Source of the DNA: Planctomycetota bacterium
GTDB lineage: Bacteria > Planctomycetota > UBA1135 > UBA2386
Direction: 5' to 3'
DNA length: 64,000 nt
Assembly: GCA_046290465.1 (NCBI GenBank)
Contig: JBKAGP010000001.1
Coordinates: forward strand, 4,352,001 to 4,416,000
Shown here: positions 41,661 to 50,978 of the stretch, piece after piece
Layout: each line of letters starts with the position of its first letter
Numbering within the stretch: position 1 is the stretch's first letter
Notes under the pieces: model-generated
The model's database searches: none
What the model saw: the letters and a program-made list of their open reading frames with translations, nothing else
Told to the model about the DNA's origin: nothing
Made by a program: the position numbers and the translations under genes

Positions 41661-43139
41661 TCAGGCGTCGCGCAGCGCCCGCTTCTGGATCTTGCCCGAC
41701 CCCGTGCGCGGCAGCGCGTCCAGGAACACGACTTCCTTCGGGGTCTTGTAGCCCGCGATACGTTCGCGGCAGAACGCGACCAGCTCTTCGGCGTTGGCTT
41801 CCTGGCCGGGGCGCAGCACGACGGCGGCGACGACGTGTTCGCCCCACTTGTCGTCGGGCTTGCCGAACACGGCGCACTCGAGCACGGCCGGATGGTCGTA
41901 GAGCGTGTATTCGACCTCGATCGAGTAGACGGTCTCCGCGCCCGTCTTGATGACGTCCTTCTGGCGATCGACGATGTCGACGAAGCCATGCTCGTCGATG
42001 TTGGCGAGGTCGCCCGTGCGCAGGAAACCGTCGTCGTCGAACGCCGCCTCGGTCGCCTCGTCGTTGTGCCAGTAGCCCGGGGTCACGGTCGCGCCGCGCA
42101 CGCGGATCTCGCCGACGGCCTTCGCGTCGCGCGCGACGGGCGTTCCGTCGTCGTCGACGACCTTGAGCTCGACGCCGTGGAACGGCCGGCCGGTCTTGCA
42201 CTTCCACTGCAGCTGCTGCTCGAGCGGCAGCTGCAGCAGCTCGTCGGGGAGCAGGCTCAGCGTCAGGTAGGGGCTGGTCTCGGTCATTCCGTAGGTCTGC
42301 ACGTAGTCGCATCCGAACGTGTCGAGGATGCGCCGCACGACGTCGGGCGCGATCGGCGCGCCGCCGCTCAGCATGACGCGGAGCGCGTAGCTGCGTTCGG
42401 CGGCGCCGGGTTCCTTGACCATCAGGTTGAGCATCGTCGGCACCAGGTTGGTGATCGTGACGCGCTCGGCGACGAGCAGGTCGAGCGCCGCCTTGGCTGT
42501 GAAGGTCGGCAAGAACACGTGCGTGCCGGCGACCGCGGTGATCGCGAACGTCGCCCATGCGTCCGCGAGGTGGAACATCGGCGCGACGTGCGACCAGGTG
42601 TCGTGCTCGGTCAGCTCCAGCTCGCGGATCGCCGACGCCGCGTGGGTGCAGACATTGCGGTGGGTCAGCACCACGCCCTTGGGCGATCCGGTCGTGCCGC
42701 TGGTGTAGTAGAGCTGGGCCGGTTCGTCCGCCTCCAGCAGGAACGTGCCTGCCTCCGGCTCGCAGCGATCCGGAACGGCCAGCAGCTCCTGCTCGAGGAT
42801 GCCGGCGCGCATCGCGTGCGCGTCGTCGTGCACGAGCCAGCGCGCGCCGCTGTGTCCGAGGATGTCGCGCTGCTCGCCGTCGGTCAGGCGCGTGTTGAGC
42901 GAGACCAGGATCGCGCCGGCGGCGGCGATGCCGAAGTAGGCGATCAGGTGCTCGACGCCGTTGTGCATCAGGCAGCCGACCCGGTCGCCCTCGCGCACGC
43001 CGGCGTCGCGCAGGTCGCCGCAGAGCGCCAGCGCGCGGTCGCGCGCGTCGGCGTAGGTGAGCTCGAGATCGCCCTGGCGCAGCGCGATCCGGTCGGGGGC
43101 GCGTTCGGCGGCGTCGGCGAGGAAGGTCCAGACGTTCAC
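41661..43139 (-). CDS. long-chain acyl-CoA ligase (AMP-binding)
   Basis: YYTSGTTGSPKGV, YGMTET, FLRTGD, DRQKDVIKTG, LPRTGSGKI. Confidence 0.94.
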   Translation of the reverse strand: MNVWTFLADAAERAPDRIALRQGDLELTYADARDRALALCGDLRDAGVREGDRVGCLMHNGVEHLIAYFGIAAAGAILVSLNTRLTDGEQRDILGHSGARWLVHDDAHAMRAGILEQELLAVPDRCEPEAGTFLLEADEPAQLYYTSGTTGSPKGVVLTHRNVCTHAASAIRELELTEHDTWSHVAPMFHLADAWATFAITAVAGTHVFLPTFTAKAALDLLVAERVTITNLVPTMLNLMVKEPGAAERSYALRVMLSGGAPIAPDVVRRILDTFGCDYVQTYGMTETSPYLTLSLLPDELLQLPLEQQLQWKCKTGRPFHGVELKVVDDDGTPVARDAKAVGEIRVRGATVTPGYWHNDEATEAAFDDDGFLRTGDLANIDEHGFVDIVDRQKDVIKTGAETVYSIEVEYTLYDHPAVLECAVFGKPDDKWGEHVVAAVVLRPGQEANAEELVAFCRERIAGYKTPKEVVFLDALPRTGSGKIQKRALRDA

Positions 43140-43195
43140 GTCGTCGAGTATGAGGTTGTCCGCGCCGCGGGCAATCGTTCCAATCCGCGCGAGCG

Positions 43196-43912
43196 ATGGC
43201 GGACCCGAGCGAAGACGAACCGACCGAGGCGCAGCTGCCGCCGCTGACGGTCCTGCACCACGAGGAGGACTTCGTCGCGGTCAGCAAGCCGAGCGGCCTG
43301 TTGGTGCACCGCGACGAGCACCACCCCGACGCGCCGGCGGCGCTGCAGTTGGTGCGCGACCAGATCGAGCAGCACCTCTATCCGTTCCATCGGCTCGATC
43401 GCGCGACGTCGGGCATCCTGCTGTTCGGGCTGTCGCGCAAGGCGGCTGCGGCGCTGCAGAAGGCCCTGGCCGCGGCCGACGCCCACAAGGACTACTACGC
43501 GCTGCTGCGCTATCCGGGCAGCAACCACGAGCTCGGCGAACGTTGGGTCAGCGAGCGGCCGCTGACCGACGACAAGGGCAACCAGAAGGAGTGTCGGTCC
43601 GACTTCGAGGTGGTCGAGGCGTTCGATCGGTGTGCGTTGGTCCGCTGTCGGATCTTCACCGGCCGCTACCACCAGATCCGTCGCCACGCCAACCACTGTG
43701 GCCGCCATGTCATCGGCGACACGACGCACGGCAAGGGGCGGATCAACGCGCTGTTCCGCGAGCGCTACGGGCTCGCTCGGCTGTTCCTGCACCTGCAGCG
43801 CATCGAGATGGCGCATCCGAAATCCGGGGAACGCTTCGTGATCGAGGACCCGATGCCCGAAGAACTGACTGCGGTGCTCGATCGCCTGCGCGCCGCCAAC
43901 GACGAATCGTGA
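43196..43912 (+). CDS. truC: RluA-family pseudouridine synthase, TruC-like
   Basis: KPSGLLVHR, HRLDRATSG, TGRYHQIRRH, IGDTTHG, LFLH. Confidence 0.82.
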   Translation: MADPSEDEPTEAQLPPLTVLHHEEDFVAVSKPSGLLVHRDEHHPDAPAALQLVRDQIEQHLYPFHRLDRATSGILLFGLSRKAAAALQKALAAADAHKDYYALLRYPGSNHELGERWVSERPLTDDKGNQKECRSDFEVVEAFDRCALVRCRIFTGRYHQIRRHANHCGRHVIGDTTHGKGRINALFRERYGLARLFLHLQRIEMAHPKSGERFVIEDPMPEELTAVLDRLRAANDES

Positions 43913-44694
43913 ACCAACTCGCCCTCGTGTCCCTGGTCAACGACGCCGAGCAGTTCGCTGCGTGCCAGGCGTCGTTGCGCGCGGTCGCGGACCCGTTCCC
44001 CGAGTGGCTGATGGTCGAGCCCAACAAGCACGGCTGGAACGCGGCGCAGGGGCTCAACCACGGCATCGAACGGCTCGACGCCGAGTGGATCGTCTGCCTG
44101 CACCAGGACGTGCTGTTTCCGGAGGGGTTCTGGCAGCAGCTGACGTCGGGTCTGGCCGCACTCGACGACGACGTCGCGCTCGCCGGCCTGGTCGGCTGCG
44201 AGAAGTCGGGCCGCTTCCGCGGCCACATCGTCGATCCCAACGGGCACTGCTCGTGGCCGTCGCTGCCGGCGAAGGTGCTGTCGCTCGACGAGGTGCTGAT
44301 CGCGGTGCGCAAGTCGTCCGGGCTGCGCTTCGATCCCGCTGTGCCGGGCTTCCACTGCTACGGCGCCGATCTCTGCTTCGAGGCCGATCGGCGCGGCCTG
44401 CGGACGTTTGCGATCGACGCCCCGCTGGTGCACCTGTCGACCGGCAAGCTGGACGAGAGCTACGAGCGCGCCTCGCAGTGGCTGATGGACAAGTGGGGTC
44501 AACGCTACGGCTACGTGCTGCCGATGCCGGCGCTGCTGCTGCGCGACGACGCGCGCGCCGGCGTGGTGCGTCGCACGATGCAGCGTTGGCGCCGCCGCGG
44601 CAGCCGGCTGTCGCGCAACACCAACGCGTGCGCTCACGTCGACTGCAAGGCGCGCGCGCTCGGCGAGACGGTCTCGGTCCAACCCAAGGCGTGA
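43909..44694 (+). CDS. GT2-like glycosyltransferase
   Basis: NAAQGLNHG, VCLHQDV, FHCYGADLC; GTGA overlap with upstream stop. Confidence 0.82.
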   Translation: MNQLALVSLVNDAEQFAACQASLRAVADPFPEWLMVEPNKHGWNAAQGLNHGIERLDAEWIVCLHQDVLFPEGFWQQLTSGLAALDDDVALAGLVGCEKSGRFRGHIVDPNGHCSWPSLPAKVLSLDEVLIAVRKSSGLRFDPAVPGFHCYGADLCFEADRRGLRTFAIDAPLVHLSTGKLDESYERASQWLMDKWGQRYGYVLPMPALLLRDDARAGVVRRTMQRWRRRGSRLSRNTNACAHVDCKARALGETVSVQPKA

Positions 44695-44698
44695 GTCG

Positions 44699-46039
44699 AT
44701 GCGCGCGCTGATCGTCGCCTACTACTTCCCGCCCAAGGGCGGCGCCGGCACGCAGCGGTTCGCCAAGTTCTGCAAGTACCTCCCCGACCACGGCGTCGAG
44801 CCGGTGGTGCTGAGCGTGGCCGAGGCCGAGCGGAGCGAGCACGCGCCCGACGACGACCCGACGCTCGCGCATGGCGGCTGCCGGGTCGAGCGCGTCGCCG
44901 CACCGGATCGCGTGCCGTTGCGGATGCGTCTGCGCCGCAAGCTGCGCCTGCACATCGACGCCGACGAGTGGGCCCACGCGGCCTGCGAACGGGCACTCGA
45001 GCTGGCGCGGGAGCAGCGGTTCGACGTCGTCGTGACGACGCTGTCGCCGTATGCGTGCTACCGCGTCGGCGAACGTCTGCAGCGCGACCTCGGGCTGCCG
45101 TGGATCGCCGACCTGCGCGATCCGTGGGCGCTCGACGCGTGGCGCGTGTTTCCGAGCGCGGTGCACGCGCGCCACGACCTCGCACACCTGCGTCGCACGC
45201 TGCACGGCGCCGACTTCGTGATCGCCAACGTGCCCGAGGCGCGGCGCGCGTTCGTCGCGGAGGGCGCCGACGCCGGGCGCTGCGTCGTCATCCCCAACGG
45301 CTACGACGAGCAGGACTTCGCCGGCGCCGCCTCGTCGCGCACGACCAGCGAGCAGCCGCTGCGCCTGGTCCACATCGGCACGTTCCACCCGGCCGATCTG
45401 CCCGAGGGCATGACCGCCAACACGATCCGGCGGGTGCGCAACCGCCAGATCGAGCCGTTGGGGCGCACCGGCTACTACCTGCTGCACGGGATCGCGCGCT
45501 TCCGGGATCGCGTCGGCGACGAGGCTGCGCGGCGCGGTCTCGCGCTGCACCTCTACGGCCGCGCCGACGCGTCGCACCAGCGCCTCGCCGAACGGCTCGG
45601 CATCGCGCACCTGATCACCAACCACGGCTACGTGCCGCACGGAGCGTCGGTCGAGGCGCTGCTGTCCTCGGACGCGGTGTTCGTGCCGCTGCACGGTGTG
45701 CCCGCAGGCGAGCGCGCCCTGGTCGTTCCGGGCAAGCTCTACGAGGCGATCGCGAGCGAGCGAACGGTGCTGGCGGCGCTGCCCGACGGCGACGGAGCCG
45801 ATCTGGTGCGCCAGCTCGACGCCGGCCCGGTCACCTCCCCGACCGATGCGGACGGCATCGCCGAGGCGATCGCCGCGTTGGTCGACCGGCACGTTCGCGG
45901 CGAGGCCCTCCCCGGCTGCCCGCGCGACCGCTTCGCCGCGTTCCAGCGCCGCGCCCTGACCGAGCGCTTCGCAACCGTGCTCGCTGCCGCCACCGAACGG
46001 GCACCATCGCTCCAGCTCCCGGACCTCTGGCTGCCCTGA
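44699..46039 (+). CDS. GT4 (GT-B) glycosyltransferase
   Basis: IVAYYFPPKGGAGTQR, WIADLRDPW, VIPNGYD, PGKLYE. Confidence 0.9.
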   Translation: MRALIVAYYFPPKGGAGTQRFAKFCKYLPDHGVEPVVLSVAEAERSEHAPDDDPTLAHGGCRVERVAAPDRVPLRMRLRRKLRLHIDADEWAHAACERALELAREQRFDVVVTTLSPYACYRVGERLQRDLGLPWIADLRDPWALDAWRVFPSAVHARHDLAHLRRTLHGADFVIANVPEARRAFVAEGADAGRCVVIPNGYDEQDFAGAASSRTTSEQPLRLVHIGTFHPADLPEGMTANTIRRVRNRQIEPLGRTGYYLLHGIARFRDRVGDEAARRGLALHLYGRADASHQRLAERLGIAHLITNHGYVPHGASVEALLSSDAVFVPLHGVPAGERALVVPGKLYEAIASERTVLAALPDGDGADLVRQLDAGPVTSPTDADGIAEAIAALVDRHVRGEALPGCPRDRFAAFQRRALTERFATVLAAATERAPSLQLPDLWLP

Positions 46040-46107
46040 GCCGCAGCCCCTGGTCCCAGCTTCTGTGGCCGAGCCCCTGCGGCCGAGCCCTGCGCCCGAC
46101 CGCCGCC

Positions 46108-46153
46108 GCGCCGTGAAACGGCGCAGGATGAACCCGGTTCGGTATGCGGTGTT
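46108..46153. repeat. REP-like element, family B (loop plus right arm)
   Basis: GCGCCGTGAAACGGCGCAGGATGAACCCGGTTCGGTATGCGGTGT, identical to 38622-38666. Confidence 0.88.
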
Positions 46154-46159
46154 CGGGGG

Positions 46160-46369
46160 TCAGCGTTCGACGCGTTGGTCGGGGATGCCGTCGCCGTCGG
46201 TGTCGATCCAGGCGGTGGCCGTGGCCGCTTCCTCGGGGCGGGCGACGCGGTCGGGCAGGTCGTCGCCGTCGCTGTCGACGTAGAGCGTGACGTTCTCGGT
46301 CGGCGCCGGCTGCGGCGCGGTCGAACAGGCGGCGAGCAGCGGGAAGCAGAGCAGCAGGGTCGTTCGCAT
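46160..46369 (-). CDS. 69-aa lipoprotein with two DxDGD Ca-binding-like motifs
   Basis: CAGGAG RBS; MRTTLLLCFPLLAAC lipobox; VDSDGDDLPD and IDTDGDGIPD. Confidence 0.78.
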   Translation of the reverse strand: MRTTLLLCFPLLAACSTAPQPAPTENVTLYVDSDGDDLPDRVARPEEAATATAWIDTDGDGIPDQRVER

Positions 46370-46452
46370 GGTGGGGTGCTCCTGTGGGTTGCGGTTGAGG
46401 TGCCGATGGACCTCGGCCGGGTCGCGGTTCTTCCCGGCTAGCAGGAAAGCGC

Positions 46453-46480
46453 TTGACTGCAATCCCCCAGCGATCAAGAT
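46453..46480 (+). promoter_or_regulatory. candidate sigma70 promoter for the glycoside hydrolase gene
   Basis: TTGACT-16 nt-CAAGAT in an AT-enriched spacer. Confidence 0.35.
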
Positions 46481-46582
46481 GCGAGCGCCTGTTCGGTAGG
46501 AATCCGGCTGCACCGTAATCTTGTCTCCGGAGTCCTTAGCCGGTTAGGGCGCTTCAAGCGCCTGTAATCAAGAGACTTGCCA

Positions 46583-48805
46583 ATGGCAGCCGCGAAGAAG
46601 AAGAAGACGGCGAAGCGTACTACCAAGCCCAGGGCCACCAGCTCGAGGGCGAAGGCGTCGCAGAAATCCGGAGCCCAGCTGCCGAAAAAGATCGCCCTCT
46701 CGGGCGGTGGCTACTGCCTCTACGCCCCCAGGTTTCCGCGCTTCCTCACGGAGCCCGGGTTCTGCGACGAGACCAACATCGCCAGTGAGATGGTCCCGTC
46801 GGTGTTCTTCCTGTCGTTCCTGGCGGACGGCAAGCCGTTCCAGACGACCTGCGTCGGGTTCGAGATGGAGGACGGCAAGGCGGTGCTGACGCACCAGGGC
46901 GGCCCCGGCATCAAGATCGTCGAGCGCCGCTACCTGACCGGCGACGACCGCTTCGTCTGTGATCTGGCGATCACCAACGAGGGCAAGGAGGAGGCCGAAC
47001 TGCACGTCGTCCTGTGGACCACCACGGACGTCGAGGGCGAGCCGGTCTCGCACGAGGGCGACAGCTTCCGCATCCGCCGCGCGCTGAGCACCGACGGCCG
47101 CCCGCCGGTGCCGACCGACGTGCTCTACTCGAGTCCCGACAGCAAGGGGGCACGCTGCCTGCAGGCATACTTCTGCGAGGGCGGCAGCGACCTGCCGGAC
47201 TACTGCGAGACGCCGTGGTTCGACGCGGCCGGCCTGCAGACCCCGCGCGCCAAGCGCCCGGTCGAGAAGCCGAGCCCGATCATCGCCGGCTCGCGCTGCT
47301 ACGCGGGCCTGTTCCGACCGATCACGCTGAAGGCGGGCGGCTCGGCCGAGCACCGCTTCGAGGCGAACTACGTCTTCAAGGGCAAGGGCGTCAACTTCCG
47401 CGCTCGCCGCCCCGACCCCAAGGACGAGAACGGCTACAAGCAGTTCTGGTCGCAGGTGCCGACGTTCGTCTGTGAGGACAAGGCGATGGAGCGGGTGGTC
47501 AACCACCGCTTCGAACTGCTCTACCTGCTGCGGCAGCCGCACGGCGCGGGCCTGTTCTCGTCGCCCGGCTTCTGCGAGGGCAACGGCGAGCTGCACGTTC
47601 CGTCGAGCTTCGCCGCGCCGTCGATCATGCGCGAGGCGCGCTGGCTGCAGGATCCGAGCTACGCGCGCGGCCTGCTGAAGATGTTCTTCGACAACCTGCT
47701 GCACAACGGGCAGGTGCCGGGCCGGCTCTACATGAGCGGCACCGATTCGAACGACTTCTACCACGCCGACTGGGGTGGTGGCTTCGAGGCGCTCGACGCG
47801 ATGCACAACGACAAGGCGACCAAGAAGGCCGTCTTGATGGCGATGCAGCGCTACGTGAAGTGGGTCGGCAACAACCGCGACCCCGAGGGCAGCGGCCTGA
47901 CGGACATCGTCAACCACTTCGAGGCCGGCCAGGAGTTCTCGCGCCGCTACACGGTGATCGACAACAAGGCCGACCGCGCCGAGGAGTTCACCGAGCAGTT
48001 CCGCCTCAAGGGCATCGATGCGTCGGTGTTCCGCTACCGCCTGGTCAAGTGGCTGCACGCGGTCGCCGAGGAGATCCAGGAGAAGGCCATGGCCAACCGC
48101 TTCCACGCGGAGGTCGAGGTCATCCTCGAGACCGTGCGCAAGAAGATGTGGGACGACAAGTCCGGCATGTTCATGGACCTCGACCCGAAGAGCCGCCGCA
48201 AGACCAACGTCAAGGCGGCGGTCGGCTTCTACCCGCTGGCGACGGACATCCCGAACCAGAAGCAGGTCGACGCGATGGTCGATCTGCTGTCGAGCCGCGA
48301 CGAGTTCTGGGCCAAGTACCCGGTGCCGAGCATCGCGATGAGCGATTCGACGTTCGACGGCGCCGGCCGTTGGAAGGGCACCCGCAAGGGCTCGCCGTGG
48401 AACGGTCGCACCTGGCCGGTCGTCAACTCGCACATCCTCGAAGGCCTGACCTACTGGGCCGAGCGCGGCAACAAGAAGGCGCAGCGCCTCGCCAACCAGC
48501 TGCTCGATCGCACCATCACGATGATGGGCGGCGAGCTCGAGGGTGCGGAAGAGGCGACGTCGTTCGAGCACTACCACCCCGAGTTCGGCATCGGCTCGCG
48601 CTACCGCGGCGTCGACGTCAACCTCAACGCGTTCATGCTCGACAACATCTTCCGCATCGGCTGCGGCTTCGCGATCCGCTACGGCGAGGTCCAGGACGAC
48701 CCGATCGGCGATGCGCGCGACTTCAAGCTGAAGGGCATGCCGCTCGGAAACAAGCTCTTCGACGTCGAGCGCAAGAGCGGCAAGCTGAAGGTTTCAGCGC
48801 AGTGA
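46583..48805 (+). CDS. GH63/MGH1/trehalase-like glycoside hydrolase with Lys-rich N-terminal tail
   Basis: EAGQEFSRRY, MWDDKSGMFMD, VGFYPL, YPVPS, PWNGRTWP, FEHYHP. Confidence 0.8.
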   Translation: MAAAKKKKTAKRTTKPRATSSRAKASQKSGAQLPKKIALSGGGYCLYAPRFPRFLTEPGFCDETNIASEMVPSVFFLSFLADGKPFQTTCVGFEMEDGKAVLTHQGGPGIKIVERRYLTGDDRFVCDLAITNEGKEEAELHVVLWTTTDVEGEPVSHEGDSFRIRRALSTDGRPPVPTDVLYSSPDSKGARCLQAYFCEGGSDLPDYCETPWFDAAGLQTPRAKRPVEKPSPIIAGSRCYAGLFRPITLKAGGSAEHRFEANYVFKGKGVNFRARRPDPKDENGYKQFWSQVPTFVCEDKAMERVVNHRFELLYLLRQPHGAGLFSSPGFCEGNGELHVPSSFAAPSIMREARWLQDPSYARGLLKMFFDNLLHNGQVPGRLYMSGTDSNDFYHADWGGGFEALDAMHNDKATKKAVLMAMQRYVKWVGNNRDPEGSGLTDIVNHFEAGQEFSRRYTVIDNKADRAEEFTEQFRLKGIDASVFRYRLVKWLHAVAEEIQEKAMANRFHAEVEVILETVRKKMWDDKSGMFMDLDPKSRRKTNVKAAVGFYPLATDIPNQKQVDAMVDLLSSRDEFWAKYPVPSIAMSDSTFDGAGRWKGTRKGSPWNGRTWPVVNSHILEGLTYWAERGNKKAQRLANQLLDRTITMMGGELEGAEEATSFEHYHPEFGIGSRYRGVDVNLNAFMLDNIFRIGCGFAIRYGEVQDDPIGDARDFKLKGMPLGNKLFDVERKSGKLKVSAQ

Positions 48806-48950
48806 CCGCGCTGGGCGAAGCCCAGCGCGGCGGCCCGAAGCGGAGCGAAGCTGCGCGTGGCCGAGCGAGCGGGGCAAAGCCTCGCGGCAACCGCGCTGGG
48901 CGAAGCCCAGCGCGGCGGCCGAAAGCGGAGCGAAGCTCCGCGTGGCCGAG
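48805..48950. repeat. direct repeat of a 61-bp unit carrying GAA-triloop hairpins (85-bp period)
   Basis: copies 48805-48865 and 48890-48950; CCGCGCTGGGC-GAA-GCCCAGCGCGG and GCGGAGC-GAA-GCT(C/G)CGC; spacer has GCGGGGC-AAA-GCCTCGC. Confidence 0.88.
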
Positions 48951-49036
48951 TTCCCGGCTCCCCGGCCCCCCTCAACCCTCGACGCCGCAACACCACCCCT
49001 CCAACCCCACCCACCCGGCCACGCTATCCTCTCCGC

Positions 49037-49966
49037 GTGACCACCATCGACGACATCCACGCCGCCGCCAACCGCATCGCCGGCCGCGTGCACCGCACCC
49101 CGGTCATGACCTCCGCGACCCTCGACGCAGAGCTCGGCGCCGAGGTCTTCGTCAAGTGCGAGAACCTGCAGAAGGTCGGCGCCTTCAAGGCGCGCGGCGC
49201 CTGCAACGCGGTGATGGCGTTGTCCGACGACGACGCCGCCCGCGGCGTCGTCACGCACAGCAGCGGCAACCACGCCGCGGCGCTGGCCTACGCGGCGCGT
49301 TCGCGCGGGATCCCGGCCTACGTCGTGATGCCGGACACCGCGCCGAGCGTCAAGGTCGACGCCGTGCGCGGCTACGGCGCCGAGCTGCGCTTCTGCAAGG
49401 CGGCCGAGCGCCAGGCGACCTGCGACGCGTGGCAGCTGGAGACCGGCGCTGCGCTGGTGCACCCGTTCGAGAATCTGCACGTCATCGCCGGCCAGGGCAC
49501 GGCCGCGCTCGAACTGCTCGAGCAGGCGCCGGATCTCGACGTCGTGATCACGCCGGTCGGCGGCGGTGGTTTGTGCGCCGGCACCGCGGTGGTCGTGCGC
49601 GCGCTGCTGCCCGGTGCGCGCATGCTCGCGGCCGAGCCGGACGCCGTCGACGACGCGGCGCGCTCGATGGCGACCGGCGTGCGGCAGCCCCGCGTCGAGA
49701 ACCCCGAGACCTGGGGCGACGGCCTGATGACGGCGCTCGGCGAACCCAACTTCGCGCTGCTGCAGGAGCACGGCGTCGAGGTCGTCACCTGCAGCGAGGA
49801 GGCGATGGTCGAGGCGGCGCGGTTCTTCCTGCAGCGCATGAAGATCGTCGTCGAGCCGAGCGGCGCGACGGTGCTCGCGTCGATCCGCAAGGTCGCCGAC
49901 GAGGTGCGCGGCAAGCGCGTCGGCATGATCGTCACCGGCGGCAACACCGACTTCGCCTGGCTGTAG
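49037..49966 (+). CDS. PLP-dependent serine/threonine dehydratase or serine racemase-like enzyme
   Basis: KCENLQKVGAFKARGA, HSSGNHA, IAGQGT, PVGGGGL, VEPSGA, TGGN. Confidence 0.93.
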   Translation: MTTIDDIHAAANRIAGRVHRTPVMTSATLDAELGAEVFVKCENLQKVGAFKARGACNAVMALSDDDAARGVVTHSSGNHAAALAYAARSRGIPAYVVMPDTAPSVKVDAVRGYGAELRFCKAAERQATCDAWQLETGAALVHPFENLHVIAGQGTAALELLEQAPDLDVVITPVGGGGLCAGTAVVVRALLPGARMLAAEPDAVDDAARSMATGVRQPRVENPETWGDGLMTALGEPNFALLQEHGVEVVTCSEEAMVEAARFFLQRMKIVVEPSGATVLASIRKVADEVRGKRVGMIVTGGNTDFAWL

Positions 49967-50016
49967 CGAGGGCCTGCCGGCGACGAGGGCCTGCCGGCAG
50001 CGACGGGCTGCTGTAG
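49966..50016. repeat. 17-bp tandem repeat between convergent genes
   Basis: GCGAGGGCCTGCCGGCG / ACGAGGGCCTGCCGGCA / degenerate third copy. Confidence 0.6.
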
Positions 50017-50031
50017 CCGCCGACGCGCGAG

Positions 50032-50937
50032 CTAGGACCGTTGTTCCAGAAGGTCGCGCGCGCGCTCGAGCACGCGACTGATCTGCGGGTCGTCGACGCG
50101 CTGGGCGACGGTGCACGCGACGTAGGGGATCACCAGGCCGTCGAGTTCGCCGATGCGGCGGAGCCCGTAGTGCTTGCGCAGCGTGTTGGCGAGCACGATC
50201 GGAGCGAGCAGCAGGCCGCGGTCGTCGCGCGCCAGGGTCTTGGCGAGCGCCGAGTCCTCGACCTCAGCGACGATCCGCACCCGCAGGCCGGCCGCGCGGC
50301 AGTAGCCCTCGAACTCGCGTCGCAACAGGTTGTCCTCGACCGGTAGCACGAACGGCGCGCCGTCCAGCGAGCCCGGGAATCGGCGGCGGGTCCGTGCGTC
50401 GATCGGACCGGCGCCGAAGACGCCGATGCGCGCCGCGCCCAGCTCGTGCTGGAACACCTTGAGGCGGGTGATCGCCGGCGGCGGTTCGTCGAGCAGCACG
50501 AGGTCGAAGGCGTGCAGCGCGAGGTCGGCCAGCAGCCGTTCGGCAGGGCCTTCGTGCACGGTCGCGCGCACGCCGGCGCTCGACTGGAACAACGGCTCGA
50601 GCAGGCGAGCCGCGAGTTCCTTGGGGACCGAGTCGGCGACGCCGATGCGCACGCGCGCCGCGCCGCTGCCGGTCCTCGAGCGCACCGCGTCGACCAGTTC
50701 GCTGCCGAGCGAGAAGATCCGGTCGGCGTAGTCGCGGACCACTGCGCCGGCGTCGGTCAGCGCCAGGCCCCGGCCCTGCTTGACGAGCAGCTTGGTGCCG
50801 AGGTGCTCCTCGAGCTTCTGCAGCTGCACGCTGATCGTCGGCGGGCTGGTGTGGAGCAGGCGGCTGGCCCGGGCGATGCTCCCCTCGCGCGCGACGGCGT
50901 GGAAGTAGCGGAGGTGGTGGTAGTTCAGCCAGTCCAT
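50032..50937 (-). CDS. nhaR: LysR family regulator, NhaR-like
   Basis: MDWLNYHHLRYFHAVAREGSIARAS...ISVQL; IGVADSVPK; LLADLALHAFDLVL. Confidence 0.85.
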   Translation of the reverse strand: MDWLNYHHLRYFHAVAREGSIARASRLLHTSPPTISVQLQKLEEHLGTKLLVKQGRGLALTDAGAVVRDYADRIFSLGSELVDAVRSRTGSGAARVRIGVADSVPKELAARLLEPLFQSSAGVRATVHEGPAERLLADLALHAFDLVLLDEPPPAITRLKVFQHELGAARIGVFGAGPIDARTRRRFPGSLDGAPFVLPVEDNLLRREFEGYCRAAGLRVRIVAEVEDSALAKTLARDDRGLLLAPIVLANTLRKHYGLRRIGELDGLVIPYVACTVAQRVDDPQISRVLERARDLLEQRS

Positions 50938-50942
50938 AATCG

Positions 50943-50957
50943 TTAGGTAGAACCTAA
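50943..50957. promoter_or_regulatory. LysR-type T-N11-A palindromic operator
   Basis: TTAGGT-AGA-ACCTAA immediately upstream of the LysR start, between divergent genes. Confidence 0.65.
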
Positions 50958-50978
50958 TCGTCAGGTCGGAAAGAGTTC

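Noticed and set aside
48805..48950. Possible CRISPR array
   Set aside because: Only two 61-bp units, the 24-bp spacer is itself a related hairpin, and no cas genes are present.
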